Shown here piece by piece: positions 40,546-53,499 of a stretch of 64,000 nt of DNA. Below the pieces are notes generated by a model. That model ran no database searches. It was not told the DNA's origin and was given only the letters and a program-made list of their open reading frames with translations. Position 1 is the stretch's first letter. Each line of letters opens with the position of its first letter. The DNA comes from Octopus sinensis (Eukaryota), in NCBI RefSeq assembly GCF_006345805.1, contig NC_043010.1:55118001-55182000 (forward strand), given 5' to 3'. Made by a program: the position numbers and the translations under genes.

Positions 40546-40989
40546 ACTTGAAAACATAACTTTATCTTTAACAACAGTATATGCGTATATTTATTTATTC
40601 TGTCAGTATTCACCGAATCACTCTTATTGTTTTGTACGCATTGAATATAGTTGTTTAAACGAAATCGAAAACGTTAAACTCAAATAATTAGTTGCATAGA
40701 GTAGGTTGGTTGGAGTAATAGAAATAACTAATATAATATATATGTGCTAAAATATATGCCGAAGACACGATACAACGACTAATCGGTAGCGTATTAATTG
40801 AAACAGATGTAAAATAAAAGGAAACAGCAGGAGCGTTACTAACACATTAGTCTTTAGTAAAAGTGCATTTTAGCATTGGAATTTATTACCACCACGTAAA
40901 CGATGGTGGCTAATCAATATCTATTAACAAATAACGTATGTAAAACGATGCCTTTGACGACAAACACGTTCGGACAATTAACATAAAAC

Positions 40990-41615
<626 letters not shown>

Positions 41616-42013
41616 CACTAAGACACACAAAGTCCAACACACACAAAGGGGACGGAGTGGAAAAGCAGATCACGTACTAAAGCGTCCAAGTAGAGACAGA
41701 GTTACGCTTAGAGAGCCATTGAGCAACGAGGAAACGTTTCGTGTTAAAAGACAATTCTTAGCTTAAAAGTAAGTCACTTTTCATTCGCTTTCTTACCTTA
41801 ATTAAATTAAGACGAGCGATACATTTCGTGATTTATGTAAGGGTTGTAAATCATCTTGACCTATCACGCTGTGTGGCATCTTCCTGACTAATAAATCCAC
41901 AAAATGGTGAACTAAATTCTTACATGATCTTTTTTTTATTACTACTTATTTGTTTACTTTTGTGTGCGTGGGTTTTCTACATGCATATATGTACACACAC
42001 ATACATCATACAT

Positions 42014-42370
<357 letters not shown>

Positions 42371-42390
42371 ATATCTATATATATAGATAT

Positions 42391-42554
42391 ACGACGGGTT
42401 TCGTTCAGTTTCCGTCTACCTAATACACTCACAAGGCTTTGGTCGGCCCGAGGCTACAATGGAAGACGCTTGGCCAAGGTGCCACGCAGTGGGACTGAAC
42501 ACGGAACCATGTGGTTGGTTAGCAAGCTACTTACCACACAGCCACTCCTGCGCC
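42391..42554 (-). mobile_element. SINE family C, 5' half
   Basis: Reverse-complement match to 54362-54525. Confidence 0.85.
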
Positions 42555-42653
42555 TATATATATATTATAATAATAAAGGTAGAAATTGATGTAATCAATT
42601 AATACCAGTGGCTTAGCATATTTAAAAATCCGAAGATTGAAAATTGTGTTACA

Positions 42654-43066
42654 TACAAAATTAGGGGGGAATGCCACTAAAGGGGACACCCTATATGCTA
42701 AACATAGACGAAGAAATCGCCATTACGACGAAGAATGAGTTCTCAAGAAAAAAAATCTCTGCAAAACACCAAAATGTAAAAATGTCGGTTTGTGTTCTGT
42801 ACCTAGTTCTGGAAATTGTGTATTTATTGTAAGCGACAGAGAACACTGATGGTCTCGCACATATCTGCTGTGTTTACGTAGATATTAACAACTCAGAACA
42901 ATGGTACGTAGGTAATCGATTTTATTTCGTATGTTTTCATTTGCCTTGCTCAATTTTACATTTTGGCATTTTGCTGAGATCTTTTTTCTTCGTGGGAATG
43001 GCGATTTGACGTCTATGTTTAGCATATAGGGTGTCTACTTTAGTGGTCATTCCTCTTAATATTGTA
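42654..43066. mobile_element. MITE with ~130-bp imperfect TIRs (Tc1/mariner-like, TA ends)
   Basis: 42654-42785 is an inverted copy of 42935-43066 (shared ccactaaag..gacaccctatatgctaaacatagacg...aaatcgccatt). Confidence 0.75.
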
Positions 43067-43104
43067 TATATATATATATAATATATATTATATATATATA
43101 TATC

Positions 43105-43135
<31 letters not shown>

Positions 43136-43174
43136 TATATATATATATATATTACATATATATATATTATATAC

Positions 43175-43252
<78 letters not shown>

Positions 43253-43476
43253 AAATATTGAATTTCTAAATCTCTCGTAGAGACATGTAAGGTGGTGGGG
43301 CGATAGAATGGTTGTATACTGTCAATCTAACAAGAACGTGGCAGTAAGGGGTACATCACCGCTGTATAGCCCTAGGAAGCATCGAACGCCTCCTGATGGC
43401 TTTGACACATTTTTCCCTGTGTTCTTATATACATATACGAAGGGGAGACAAACACCCCTGGCTGCCGAAGCTGCAT

Positions 43477-43519
43477 CTAGGGACACGTGTTTCAGGATCG
43501 TTGTCCTTCATCGGCCAAG
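43477..43519 (-). ncRNA. Minimal type I hammerhead motif, U4C core
   Basis: CUUGG CCGAUGA AGGA CAACGA UCCU GAAAC ACGU GUC CCUAG. Confidence 0.75.
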
Positions 43520-43690
43520 AGTAGCAGACACCGGTCAGCTGGTGATATTTGTCTCGACTTCGTAATTGTCTATATCTATAACTCAGTGAAGTCTATTCAC
43601 TGATTATCAAAATAAGAAATATTGAATTTCTAAATCTCTCGTAGAGACATGTACGGTGGTGGGGCGATAGAATGGTTGTATACTGCTACT

Positions 43691-43733
43691 CTAGGCCGAT
43701 GAAGGACAGCTTACCTGAAACACGTGTCCCTAG
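43691..43733 (+). ncRNA. Minimal type I hammerhead motif, U4C core
   Basis: CUAGG CCGAUGA AGG ACAGCUUA CCU GAAAC ACGU GUC CCUAG; perfect 5-bp helix I, palindromic ACACGUGU helix III, GUC site. Confidence 0.75.
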
Positions 43734-43950
43734 ATGCAGCTTCGGCAGCCGGGGGTGTTTGTCTCCCCTTCGTATATGTATATTACGACACAGGGAAAAT
43801 GTGTCAAAGCCATCAGGAGGCGTTCGATGCTTCCTAGGGCTATACAGCGGTGGTGTACCCCCTACTGTCACGTTCTTGTTAGATTGACAGTATACAACCA
43901 TTATATCTATATCTATATCTATCTATCTATATATATATATATATATATCT

Positions 43951-44001
<51 letters not shown>

Positions 44002-44530
44002 AAGAGAGAAGCAGAGATAGATAGATAGATAAATAGATAAATAGATAGATAGATGCATGTATGACTACAGGACGTCATAGTAAACAACATGAAATACAAA
44101 GTACGAGACCATGAAATACGAACTTTTTTTTGCGAACAGCGAAAGACACAAATGGAGAGCAAGAAAAGCAACATAAAGAAGGATCCTACTGTATACTCTC
44201 TATTTCCAGCAATTTGCGACAAAATATGCCTTCGACAAAGTACTTGCTGCCGCAAAGCAAATTAAATAAATTTTGGGGATTTGCGGAGGGTCCAAGTTAG
44301 TAACAAAAAACAGGACAGTGAAAACAAGCAGAAAAGGCTGCTAAGCCTAAACGAGGTGAGGTAGCAAACGCTGGAGGAACAAGCTTCTATATATATATAC
44401 ATATGTATATACACATACACATATATATTTATATATATACACACACACATATAAAAATCTCTCCCTCTCTCTCTCACTATATATGTATATATATATATAT
44501 ATTTGTAAAAAATGAAGTTCGAAAACTAAC

Positions 44531-44641
44531 CCGCTCTATAAATTCAGTGACAACGCAACCTTCACACAACGCCAAAATAAAGAACTATATTTCATAAAAA
44601 AATTTAGACCAAGTTTAAACACCCTAGGCCAGGAATACTAA
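44531..44641 (+). pseudogene. Penelope-type GIY-YIG endonuclease, extreme C-terminus
   Basis: PLYKFSDNATFTQRQNKELYFIKKFRPSLNTLGQEY* fits the R...E..FI..F.P.LN end of PLE ORFs. Confidence 0.65.
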
Positions 44642-44806
44642 AACAAAAGATAAGTCCTCCGAAAAGGAGAACCAAATTTCACCACGGCCGCTACTTCAAA
44701 CAGACACTCACTCTGACGGAATATGCCTTAGTAAAAAAGGAAAAACATTCTTTCGTGCAAATCTGACCCTGATACATCGATACAGCTAAGGGTCAGACCC
44801 GATTCT

Positions 44807-45178
44807 GATTGGTCAACAAGTTGATGACGTCTAGCTCTGCTAGAATGGACAGGATACAAACAGGGGACAGTCATTAGTCAGAATATTGATGACGTCCTTT
44901 TCTGCTTGAATAGTCACCTAACAAGTACAGACAGGGGGCAGATCTAATGTAGCTATAAGTCGTGATTGGGCAGAATCTGGATGACGTCCCGCTATGCTTG
45001 ACTAACGAAGCGACTGGTCAAGACACGAAACAAACAAGAGGGAGTTATAATGCAGAGATTGGTCAAAATAATGATGACGTCCCGTTCCACTTGGTTAAAG
45101 CCACCTAACGAAACGATTGGTCAAAACATTGATGACGTCACGCTACGCTAGATTGACCACCTAACAGGCATTATAAAA
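44807..45178 (+). promoter_or_regulatory. Array of CCAAT(ATTGG)+CRE-like modules followed by a TATA box
   Basis: GATGACGTC at 44823, 44888, 44980, 45073 and 45131; GATTGG starts 16 nt upstream in four (cattag in the other); TATAAAA at 45172. Confidence 0.55.
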
Positions 45179-45513
45179 CCGAGCATTTCACAAAACCTCA
45201 CTAAACCACCACCCAGCGACTTCCACCATGGGTCATCACAATTGCTTAAGGTAAAAATGAATTCCTCGCTCTTTCGGAAACATCAATCTTCTGTTTGACC
45301 GCTTTCCACCACTTTGATCTGTTTTTGTGATTGTATCGCGCCACCGTGGGCCACTGCATCGAACACTTTGAACATATACTTCAAACTATATATATCAACT
45401 ATACATGAACTATATATCAACTATACATGAACTCTAAGATGTCTGACTCCGTTGTGTATTATAAATGAATTTCTTGTGTTTGACGGCATGAGCTGTCTCT
45501 TTTTATATATAAC

Positions 45514-45557
45514 TTTTTTTGATAAGGTTCATTTCAGGAACTGAAACATGTTATAAT
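45514..45557 (+). ncRNA. Hammerhead-like motif, U3-A8 core, weak helix I
   Basis: UUGAUAA GGUUC AUUUCAG GAACU GAAAC AU GUU; palindromic ACAUGU; helix I mismatched. Confidence 0.5.
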
Positions 45558-45727
45558 GTATAAATAAAAATTAAAAATTGTATAATACAGCAGCATTTTC
45601 GAACTTCATTTTTTACAAATATATACCTACTCGTATACGAGCTAATCCTATTATAAATATATATATATATATACATATTTTTATACATACATACAATATA
45701 ATATATATATATACATACATAGATATA

Positions 45728-45769
<42 letters not shown>

Positions 45770-45837
45770 GATATATATATATATATATAATATATATATA
45801 TACATACATAGATATATATATGTATATATATATATAT

Positions 45838-46208
45838 GGATGGAAGCACTCCGTCGGTTACGACGACGAGGGTTCCGGTTGATCTGAATCAACGGAACAG
45901 CCTGCTCGGGTAATTAGCGTGTAAGTGGCTGAGCACTCCACAAACACGTGTACCCTTAACGTAGTTCTCGGGGATATTCAGCGTGACACAGAGAGTGACA
46001 AGGCCGGCCCTTTGAAATACAGGTACAACAGAAACAGGAAGTAAGAGTGAGAGAAAGTTGTGGTGAAAGAGTACAGCAGGGATTCCCACCATCCCCTACC
46101 GGAGGCTCGTGGAGCTTTAGGTGTTTTCGCTCAATAAACACTCACAATCGAAACCGCGATCCTATGACCGCGAGTCCGCTGCCCTAACCACTGGACCATT
46201 GCGCCTCC

Positions 46209-46209
<1 letters not shown>
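45838..46209 (-). mobile_element. SINE family A with a small internal deletion
   Basis: Reverse complement of 4573-4962; inserted in (TA)n. Confidence 0.9.
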
Positions 46210-46239
<30 letters not shown>

Positions 46240-46453
46240 TATATTTCGAAACGTACGTCCGTGGATAACTAAAAAAATGTATGATAGATTGCAGTCAATT
46301 CATTCTCTCCTACCTGTTTGTGCCTTCCAAATGCTGTTTTTACTGAGATCTCCCTTTTTAGTAGAAGAAATAGCTATAACCCTTTGACTGCTATTTCTAA
46401 ATTCGGTATGTGGTAAGGCAACTCGTTGCTAAACCTTATTGCTTAGTATATAT

Positions 46454-46490
<37 letters not shown>

Positions 46491-46854
46491 TTTCTTTTTT
46501 AGTTTCAGCTCAGAGCTGCGACCATGCTGATGCACCGCCGTTTTGCTACACTGTTATTACTAAGAGCCTCCTCTGATATGTGGCACTTTTGCATCTCTTT
46601 CTTTGAGGTAGGGTCATCTGGGACTCTCGACAGGAAGAGGTCTGGCTTTGATTTTAAAAAAAACCTACATCTACTTTGTGCAAATTCCTCAGACTCTTTG
46701 GGGGCCCTTGAAACCCAGGCTGTTGCAGTAACTGGTCCTGAAGAGCGATGGCTTTGCTGGGATCTTTGGCACTGTGCAGTGTCGTCCCGTTCGTTCTGTC
46801 ATTTGTGTAGCTTTCAATGCCAATATTTGGCACAATTCCTTCCAGGATGTTCCA

Positions 46855-46857
<3 letters not shown>
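46491..46857 (-). mobile_element. CR1/L2-like LINE 3' fragment
   Basis: VWNILEGIVPNIGI...GRHCTVPKIP...YCNSLGFKGP...SLRNLHKVDVGFF...DLFLSRVPDDP (frameshifted), then a short UTR and A-rich tail. Confidence 0.75.
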
Positions 46858-46894
<37 letters not shown>

Positions 46895-47219
46895 CAGCCG
46901 TGGTCGAAGATGGAGGTATACTGTGTGAAATTTACCGTGCATCAAATGTAGCCTGCTATCAGGTGGGGACACAGCTTGCCCATTCGACGGAAAAGTTGAA
47001 AGAATTTTTCTTTCAGCAATAATTCATATATATGGAAAAAATTAATATATATGAATTTCTATGTATACATTTATATAGATATTTTTACTGTGATCATGTG
47101 ACTGATATCCTATCATCAATTTCGCGCTAAATGAAGCACATTTTAGTTATTTCTTACTCTATCATTTGGAACTCTCAGAAATATCAAAATGAAGTAAATA
47201 TATAAATAATCGATACAAA

Positions 47220-47225
47220 TACGTA

Positions 47226-47294
<69 letters not shown>

Positions 47295-47511
47295 GATAAA
47301 GAACGTAGACAGGTCATTTACCTAATTAAAGGAAACACCCGCCCATCCAGTGAAAAAATTTATATATCTACACCCGCTCATAATGAGACATTATAGAATA
47401 TTATAGATTCATAAACAGATTCGCGTGTGCGTTTGCACACACTCACACACACACACATACATAGCACAATCACGCACAGATATATATACGTTCATTCACA
47501 GAAACTCACAC

Positions 47512-47565
<54 letters not shown>

Positions 47566-47635
47566 CGTGTGTAAATGTGTGCATGTGTATACACAGACAT
47601 GCACAAATACATATATACACAGACACACACACACA

Positions 47636-47680
<45 letters not shown>

Positions 47681-47830
47681 GCACAAAAACGCACAAACGC
47701 ACACTCACTCACACACAAACGCACACGTGCGCACACAGATACCCACACATACTCATATATGTATATGTCCAGGAATATATATGAAACAGATATTTTCATA
47801 TGTATAGGGACGAATATTCATATCTGCATA

Positions 47831-47896
<66 letters not shown>

Positions 47897-47935
47897 AAGA
47901 AAGGGAGAAAGTGAGAGAGATATACATAGAGAGGC
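47220..47935. repeat. Compound (TA)n/(CA)n/(GA)n microsatellites
   Basis: Visible runs. Confidence 0.9.
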
Positions 47936-48936
47936 AGAGACAGATGTGAGTGTAGGCGAATGCCAAACTCTATCTAATAATATGGACTTAGATACGTAAA
48001 TCTATGCCTATGTTTGTTTACGTGTACGATACTGTGTATATATTTGCTTGTGTGTATGATATTTTTTCCCCATTATATTCATTATTAATTCAAAATAACT
48101 ATTCGCCAAGGAATAAATATCTCGTTAGAAAATAACAACTCACCAGGGATACGAACAAATATATCTTACTTGAATACAAATCGATATATAAATCTATTTC
48201 TTATACGATTTTATATTGTGAGAAAGCATAGATTATTATAATTACAATTAGCGGATTATGTCTATTGCTTAAATCAGATAGGATGCACTAATATACAATT
48301 TAACATGCTGTTTATATTCTAAATGTGAATGCATAAATTCCATTTATGTCGCTACAAACTCTAGACCATTAATTAACAACGAGCTTCTGTGTAATGTGCT
48401 GTATCAAGATGTGAGCTGTGACAGAGCAAATTTAAATACTTTTGGCCTAAATCGAAATAGCTGCCTTGAGCTCCACTACATATAGCATCCATAACTAATC
48501 CAGTAATAAATTCTTTAGTGAACCAATAATTTTAACAACATGCATATCCATAGATAATTGGTGCGGAAAAAACTCAAAAAACATTGATAAAGCGATATGT
48601 TATCTTTATCTCAAGGATGCTTTGTTAATTCAACCACAAAAGTACCTTTTGACCAACAGATTTTAAAAAATTATTTTTTGTAACTAAACACTTTCAAACT
48701 TCGGACACTGGTAGAATGTGTCATATAAAACATCTTTTACCGTTAGCGTTTTTGAGAAAAACTTATATTTACGAAGTTATTTCACGTTAATGTTCCGTAT
48801 TTCGGTAATTTCAACCAATCAATGACGTGTATTCAGCTGAATAAAATTACTGCCGTTGTTTGTCAACAACAACTGTCGGTGGTGTATCTTTCGTTTGTCA
48901 CTGTTATTTATGACATTGTCCGCGCGTTTGTACTGG

Positions 48937-49055
48937 TTTTAAGGTTTTAGAATTAGGGTTTTAGGGTTAGGGTTAGGGTTTTAGGGTTAGGGTTAGGATT
49001 TTATGGTTAGGGTTAGGGTTAAGGCGTTAGGGTTAAGGTTAGGATTTTAGGGTTA
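48937..49055 (+). repeat. Interstitial telomere-like (TTAGGG)n tract with variants
   Basis: Multiple ttaggg units interspersed with tttttaggg, ttagga and ttaagg. Confidence 0.9.
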
Positions 49056-49769
49056 ATGTTGTCATAAATAAAAAGAAACGAACGTAATTGTTTGCTGTTA
49101 GATGAACTTTAAATATCAAGGAGATATATATCCCACAATTGGCTGTTGCTTTTAACTCCATCGGGGTTTGCTTCTTATTGTATCAATATCTGATTGAGAC
49201 GTCCCTAGAAAGTTATATTTTTTCAATTTAAAATTTATGTTGAAAAAAAATAAACGAATGTTAAATTATTTTCTGTCTTCCAAAATATAATTGAGTTATA
49301 CTGATAATATCGTGATGAACGTTAGTGCAACTAGCTTTCGAAAGTCACCCAATATTTGGCGCAATTATATGGAGCAAAGCACTTATGCACAGAGGAATGT
49401 AATTGATTGTTGAAGTGAGTATAACATTTTCAGCTAAAAAGAATTTTATACTTTGATATATTTTACAACGTAAATGACTTTATACCGTGTATGTAAAAAA
49501 AATTCTTGTAATCTATATCAGTTTGAATATGAAGAGAAATTAAATTGATTAAGTAACATCATTCGTAATGCATATTTTGATATGTTTAAAGTGAACACAG
49601 GCAGAATCCAATATATTTCTTCGTTAAACTTTTTTCTACATAGAACGACTTTTAACTTGTATTTACTTGTAAAAGTACTGTTGAGAAACATTTCATAACC
49701 AAAAAGATAAATATTTATGAGTCATTCTTTCAGAGGATGTAAGATTTATAATAGACTTAGACAAACTGC

Positions 49770-50079
49770 CTACTCCTTCGTCGCCCTTTTCAAGCCTAGC
49801 AAGGCTCATGGACCAGGTTTCTCGGTTTCTGTGGCGTATGTGTTCCCCCCCAGCTGGACTGGAAGCCAGTCCATCGCAGCGTTACTCAAGAAACAGGAAG
49901 AGAGAGTGAGAGAAAGTTGTGGCGAAAGAGTAAAACAAACCACCACCCCCTGCCGGGGCCTTGTGGAGCTTTTAGGTGTTTTCGCTCATTAAACACAAAC
50001 AACACCTGGTCTGGGAATCGAAACCGCGATCCTCCGACCGCTAGTCCGCTGCCCTAACCACTGGGCCATTGCGCCTCCA
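49770..50079 (-). mobile_element. SINE family D (family-A head, different 3' half)
   Basis: 13-bp TSD ttagacaaactgc at 49757-49769 and 50080-50092; A/B boxes; gcgatggactggc...ccagc..gggggg motif. Confidence 0.9.
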
Positions 50080-51331
50080 TTAGACAAACTGCAGTCCGTT
50101 AGAATTTCTGTATGGCACCATTACCAAAAATACTACCTTGGCCCTTTATAGCCGTCCTGCCTTTTTCATGATGAAGCATGCCTCACGCGATATGTTTATA
50201 GAAAAATGTTTACCGTGTCAGTAGTGGAAGCATATGCTGTGTAATGGGGGCGTTTGAGGTCCTTCTTATATAAAATATTATCTAATAAGTTTTGTTAGCA
50301 TCAATATTTATTCATTTGAAAATTTAAAGTGGTATACATCAAATTAAAATTAGTGCCAACCATAATAATTATTGTAATTGACACTAATTTATAATTCGAA
50401 AAACAACTTCTCGGAATACTTTTACGAAGACTTTTCAAAAAGTATCTCAGTTCATAGTTCTAAGAAATTTTTATTAATGATGCAGTGTAAAACACTTTGG
50501 GAATCATGGAAATTTTTCTTACAAACTGTTCAATACATATAATCCGTTAGTTTCGCGTAATTCCGTTCGTCCTGTTATCGCATATGAATATCAGAGAAAA
50601 CACCCCCTTAATTTTACTTCGAATGATTTATCGAAAAGCAAAATGTGTTTCCTTGCGTGAAATTTAAGTTAATATAACATTCATTGATCTGAATGCTGCT
50701 ATTGGGGAATTCTCTAACGTATAGGATCAGATCTTTTATTATAGAAAGATAACATTTTATAATATCAAGGGAAGTAAATTTCCAGTGTTTCATGAATAGC
50801 ACAGAATACAAATTGGCAAGGCTGTTTGTCATTAACTTCACCACACGATTCTATTTCGATTATACTATCCTTCCATAATTAGACACAGTTAAAATTTAAA
50901 AATTCTAAATGTATTTGAATCTAGATATGATAACTAACATTTTTTTTCATTTTACATGTATTTTCTGCAATTAAATAAAAGGTAATGTCAACGGTCTCTC
51001 ATCCGTTCCCGATCACTAATATTGACGTCAGTTAAAGACCTCTCGGCGACAGAATTCGATAGCCCCGATGTTCTGTGAATAAATGACTGAATATAGCTAC
51101 CATGCGGCACCGGTATAATAAGGATGATCAAAAGGAAAGATTCTTGTTGGGATGCCTTATTAGAGGTGTCATGACCCCATTAAGTACACATCTTCCGGTT
51201 CCATCTGTCACGCACACATGTATACAGACGCACAGGGACACATACATACACGCATACACACAAAACATGTATGTACATATGTATGTGTGTGTGTGATGTA
51301 AAAAGGCTAAACGGTAACCATACTTTCTTCA

Positions 51332-51730
51332 GGCGAGCTGGCAGAAACGTTAGCACGCCGGGCGAAATGCTTAGCTGTATTTCGTCTGCGTTACGTTGTG
51401 AGTTCAAATTCCGCCGAGGTCGACTTTGCCTTTCATCCTTTCGGGGTCGATTAAATAAGTACTGGGGTCGATATAATAGACTTAATCCGTTTGTCTGTCC
51501 TTGTTTGTCCTCTCTGTGTTTAGACCCCATGTGGGTAGTAAAGAAACAGGTATTTCGTCTACGTTACGTTGTGAGTTCAAATTCCGGCGAGGTCGATTTT
51601 GCCTTTCATCCTTTCTGGGTCGATAAATTAAGTACCAGTTACGCACTGAGGTCGATGTAATCGACTTAATACCTATGTCTGTCCTTGTTTGTCCCTCTGT
51701 GTTTAGCCCCTTGTGGGTAATAAAGAAATA
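51332..51730 (+). mobile_element. SINE family B, full dimeric copy
   Basis: 19-bp TSD ggtaaccatactttcttca at 51313-51331 and 51731-51749. Confidence 0.92.
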
Positions 51731-53069
51731 GGTAACCATACTTTCTTCATTAATGAAATAATAAGTAGATGGAAAAGTGTAGCAAATAAGCATTCACCTT
51801 CAGTCCATCATTTCAAAGTAGGTGTTGTGCACTGAGGAAGATTTTCTGACAGAACAATTGAAACTTTATACACGTGAGAATGAACGGCTAAAAGAAAAAT
51901 TCAACTCATATTTTTGAATAATTTTGACTCTGTTCGACATCACTTAAAATTTTCGCCACATAATTTGTATGATTTATGTACGTGAGAATGAACGGCTAAA
52001 AGTAATATTCAACTCATATTTTTGAAATATTAAGTTTGAATCTGTTCTGCTTCACTTAAAATTTTCGAAGGTGTAGAATACTTCACCTCACCAATGATAT
52101 ATATTCGGATACACAGTGAGATTATTTAGATTTCAATAGATTTTTTCCAGGTCACACGTTAGTTTTTTTCTAACAGCGCCACATAATTTGTATTTTTTAT
52201 GTAGGTCATTTTGATGAAGCTAATTTCGATGCTGCCTGAAAATTGGTAATTGTCTGCAGGTGTCATATGCCAATGACGTTAGATCCTAGCTATAAGTGTT
52301 ACAGGTAGTAAGGGAGATACGTTGGCACAAGTTGTCCGTCATTCTGTAGGTTCTAATATTTCAGTGGCAAAGATTATTACGTAGGGAACCAATTTTGGGG
52401 TCCCAAGTTACATATGACTTGGGGTGACAGGTATTTGGGTTAATTCATGCTGCCTTTACCCTTAGGGCTGCTAGGCCTGGACTGGTAAATTCTATTTCTC
52501 TGTAGCCATTCATTTGATGTTCGTAAATCGGACATGTCTCTGGGGGGTAACAATAAGATAATTACCTTCACTAATGACGGACACTGCCGATATTTGATTG
52601 GGTGAGGTTTCTCAAAGAGTTAATGTTGACAATTATGATTTCAAGGTTAGTAATTAAGGACTATTTCAAGGATGCTCCACATGATATCTTGAAAGTTCAT
52701 TCGAAGGTTATTCATAGTTTTTCACATGTCACTCACATACCGCCGCTAATTTTGATAAAATAATTACTATTTACTAATTTCTTCTTATATATTTGTGACA
52801 GAGTTTGGACTTGTAAAAATTTCGCATTGGTAGACATCCAAGAGTACTAATGATTTTCTCATTACTGAAATAACTAGGTTAAACCTTCAATCAATCTGAT
52901 GAGCATATATTGTGCTCCGAGGAAAATTTACTGACAGAAATTAAAACTATACGCAACAGTTATTTTCTTTACAGAAAGATCAAATTAGTCAATGTAAAAC
53001 ATCTATCTATTAAATAGCAATCAACAGATGTGCCATTACATAGTCGATCGACCAACTAAAATTATCAAA

Positions 53070-53499
53070 GGCTGTGAGCTGGCAGAATCGTTATCATGCC
53101 GGGCGAAATGTTTAGAGGTATTTCGTCTGCCGCTACGTTCTGAGTTCAAATTCCGCCGAGGTCGACTTTGCCTTTCATCTTTTCGGGGTAGATTAAATAA
53201 GTACCAGTTACATACTGGGGTCGATATAATCAACTTAATATATAATCAACTTAATCGATATAATCAACTTAATCATTTTGTTTGTCCCCTCTGTATGTAG
53301 CCCCTTGTGGGTAGTAAAGAAATAGGTATTTCGTCTGCCGTTACGTTCTGAGTTTAAATTCCGCCGAGGTCGACTTTGCCTTTCATCTTTTCGGGATAGA
53401 TTAAATATGTACCAGTTACGCACTGCGGTCGATATAATCGACTTAATCCGTTTGTTTGTCCCCTCTGTGTGTAGCCCCTTGTGGGCTGTAAAGAAATAA
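53070..53499 (+). mobile_element. SINE family B, dimeric copy
   Basis: Match to 51332-51730; internal ~16-bp triplication atataatcaacttaat. Confidence 0.88.

Larger units (their letters stand above)
43251..43902. mobile_element. Penelope/retrozyme-like element pair in A-B / A-inverted-B arrangement
   Basis: 43251-43323 directly repeated at 43615-43685; 43307-43527 inverted at 43682-43902; one HHR in each B arm; microsatellites flank both ends. Confidence 0.7.
44499..45625 (+). mobile_element. Penelope-like element 3' remnant (GIY-YIG C-terminus plus pLTR) with 27-bp terminal inversion
   Basis: ORF tail at 44531-44641; 44499-44525 is the reverse complement of 45596-45622; HHR-like motif near the 3' end. 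Confidence 0.75.

Noticed and set aside
43308-44024. Similar ORFs MVVYCQSNKNV... on both strands
   Set aside because: By-product of the inverted duplication; short, with no known domain
44807-45170. CRISPR-like repeat-spacer pattern
   Set aside because: Repeats are degenerate, irregularly spaced TF-site modules in a eukaryotic retroelement; no cas genes
48937-49055. True telomere or chromosome end
   Set aside because: Short, degenerate and internal, with ordinary sequence on both sides
52896-52927. CTGATGA-hairpin-GAAA hammerhead candidate
   Set aside because: GAAA is not adjacent to helix II, and no helix I/III or NUH site can be formed
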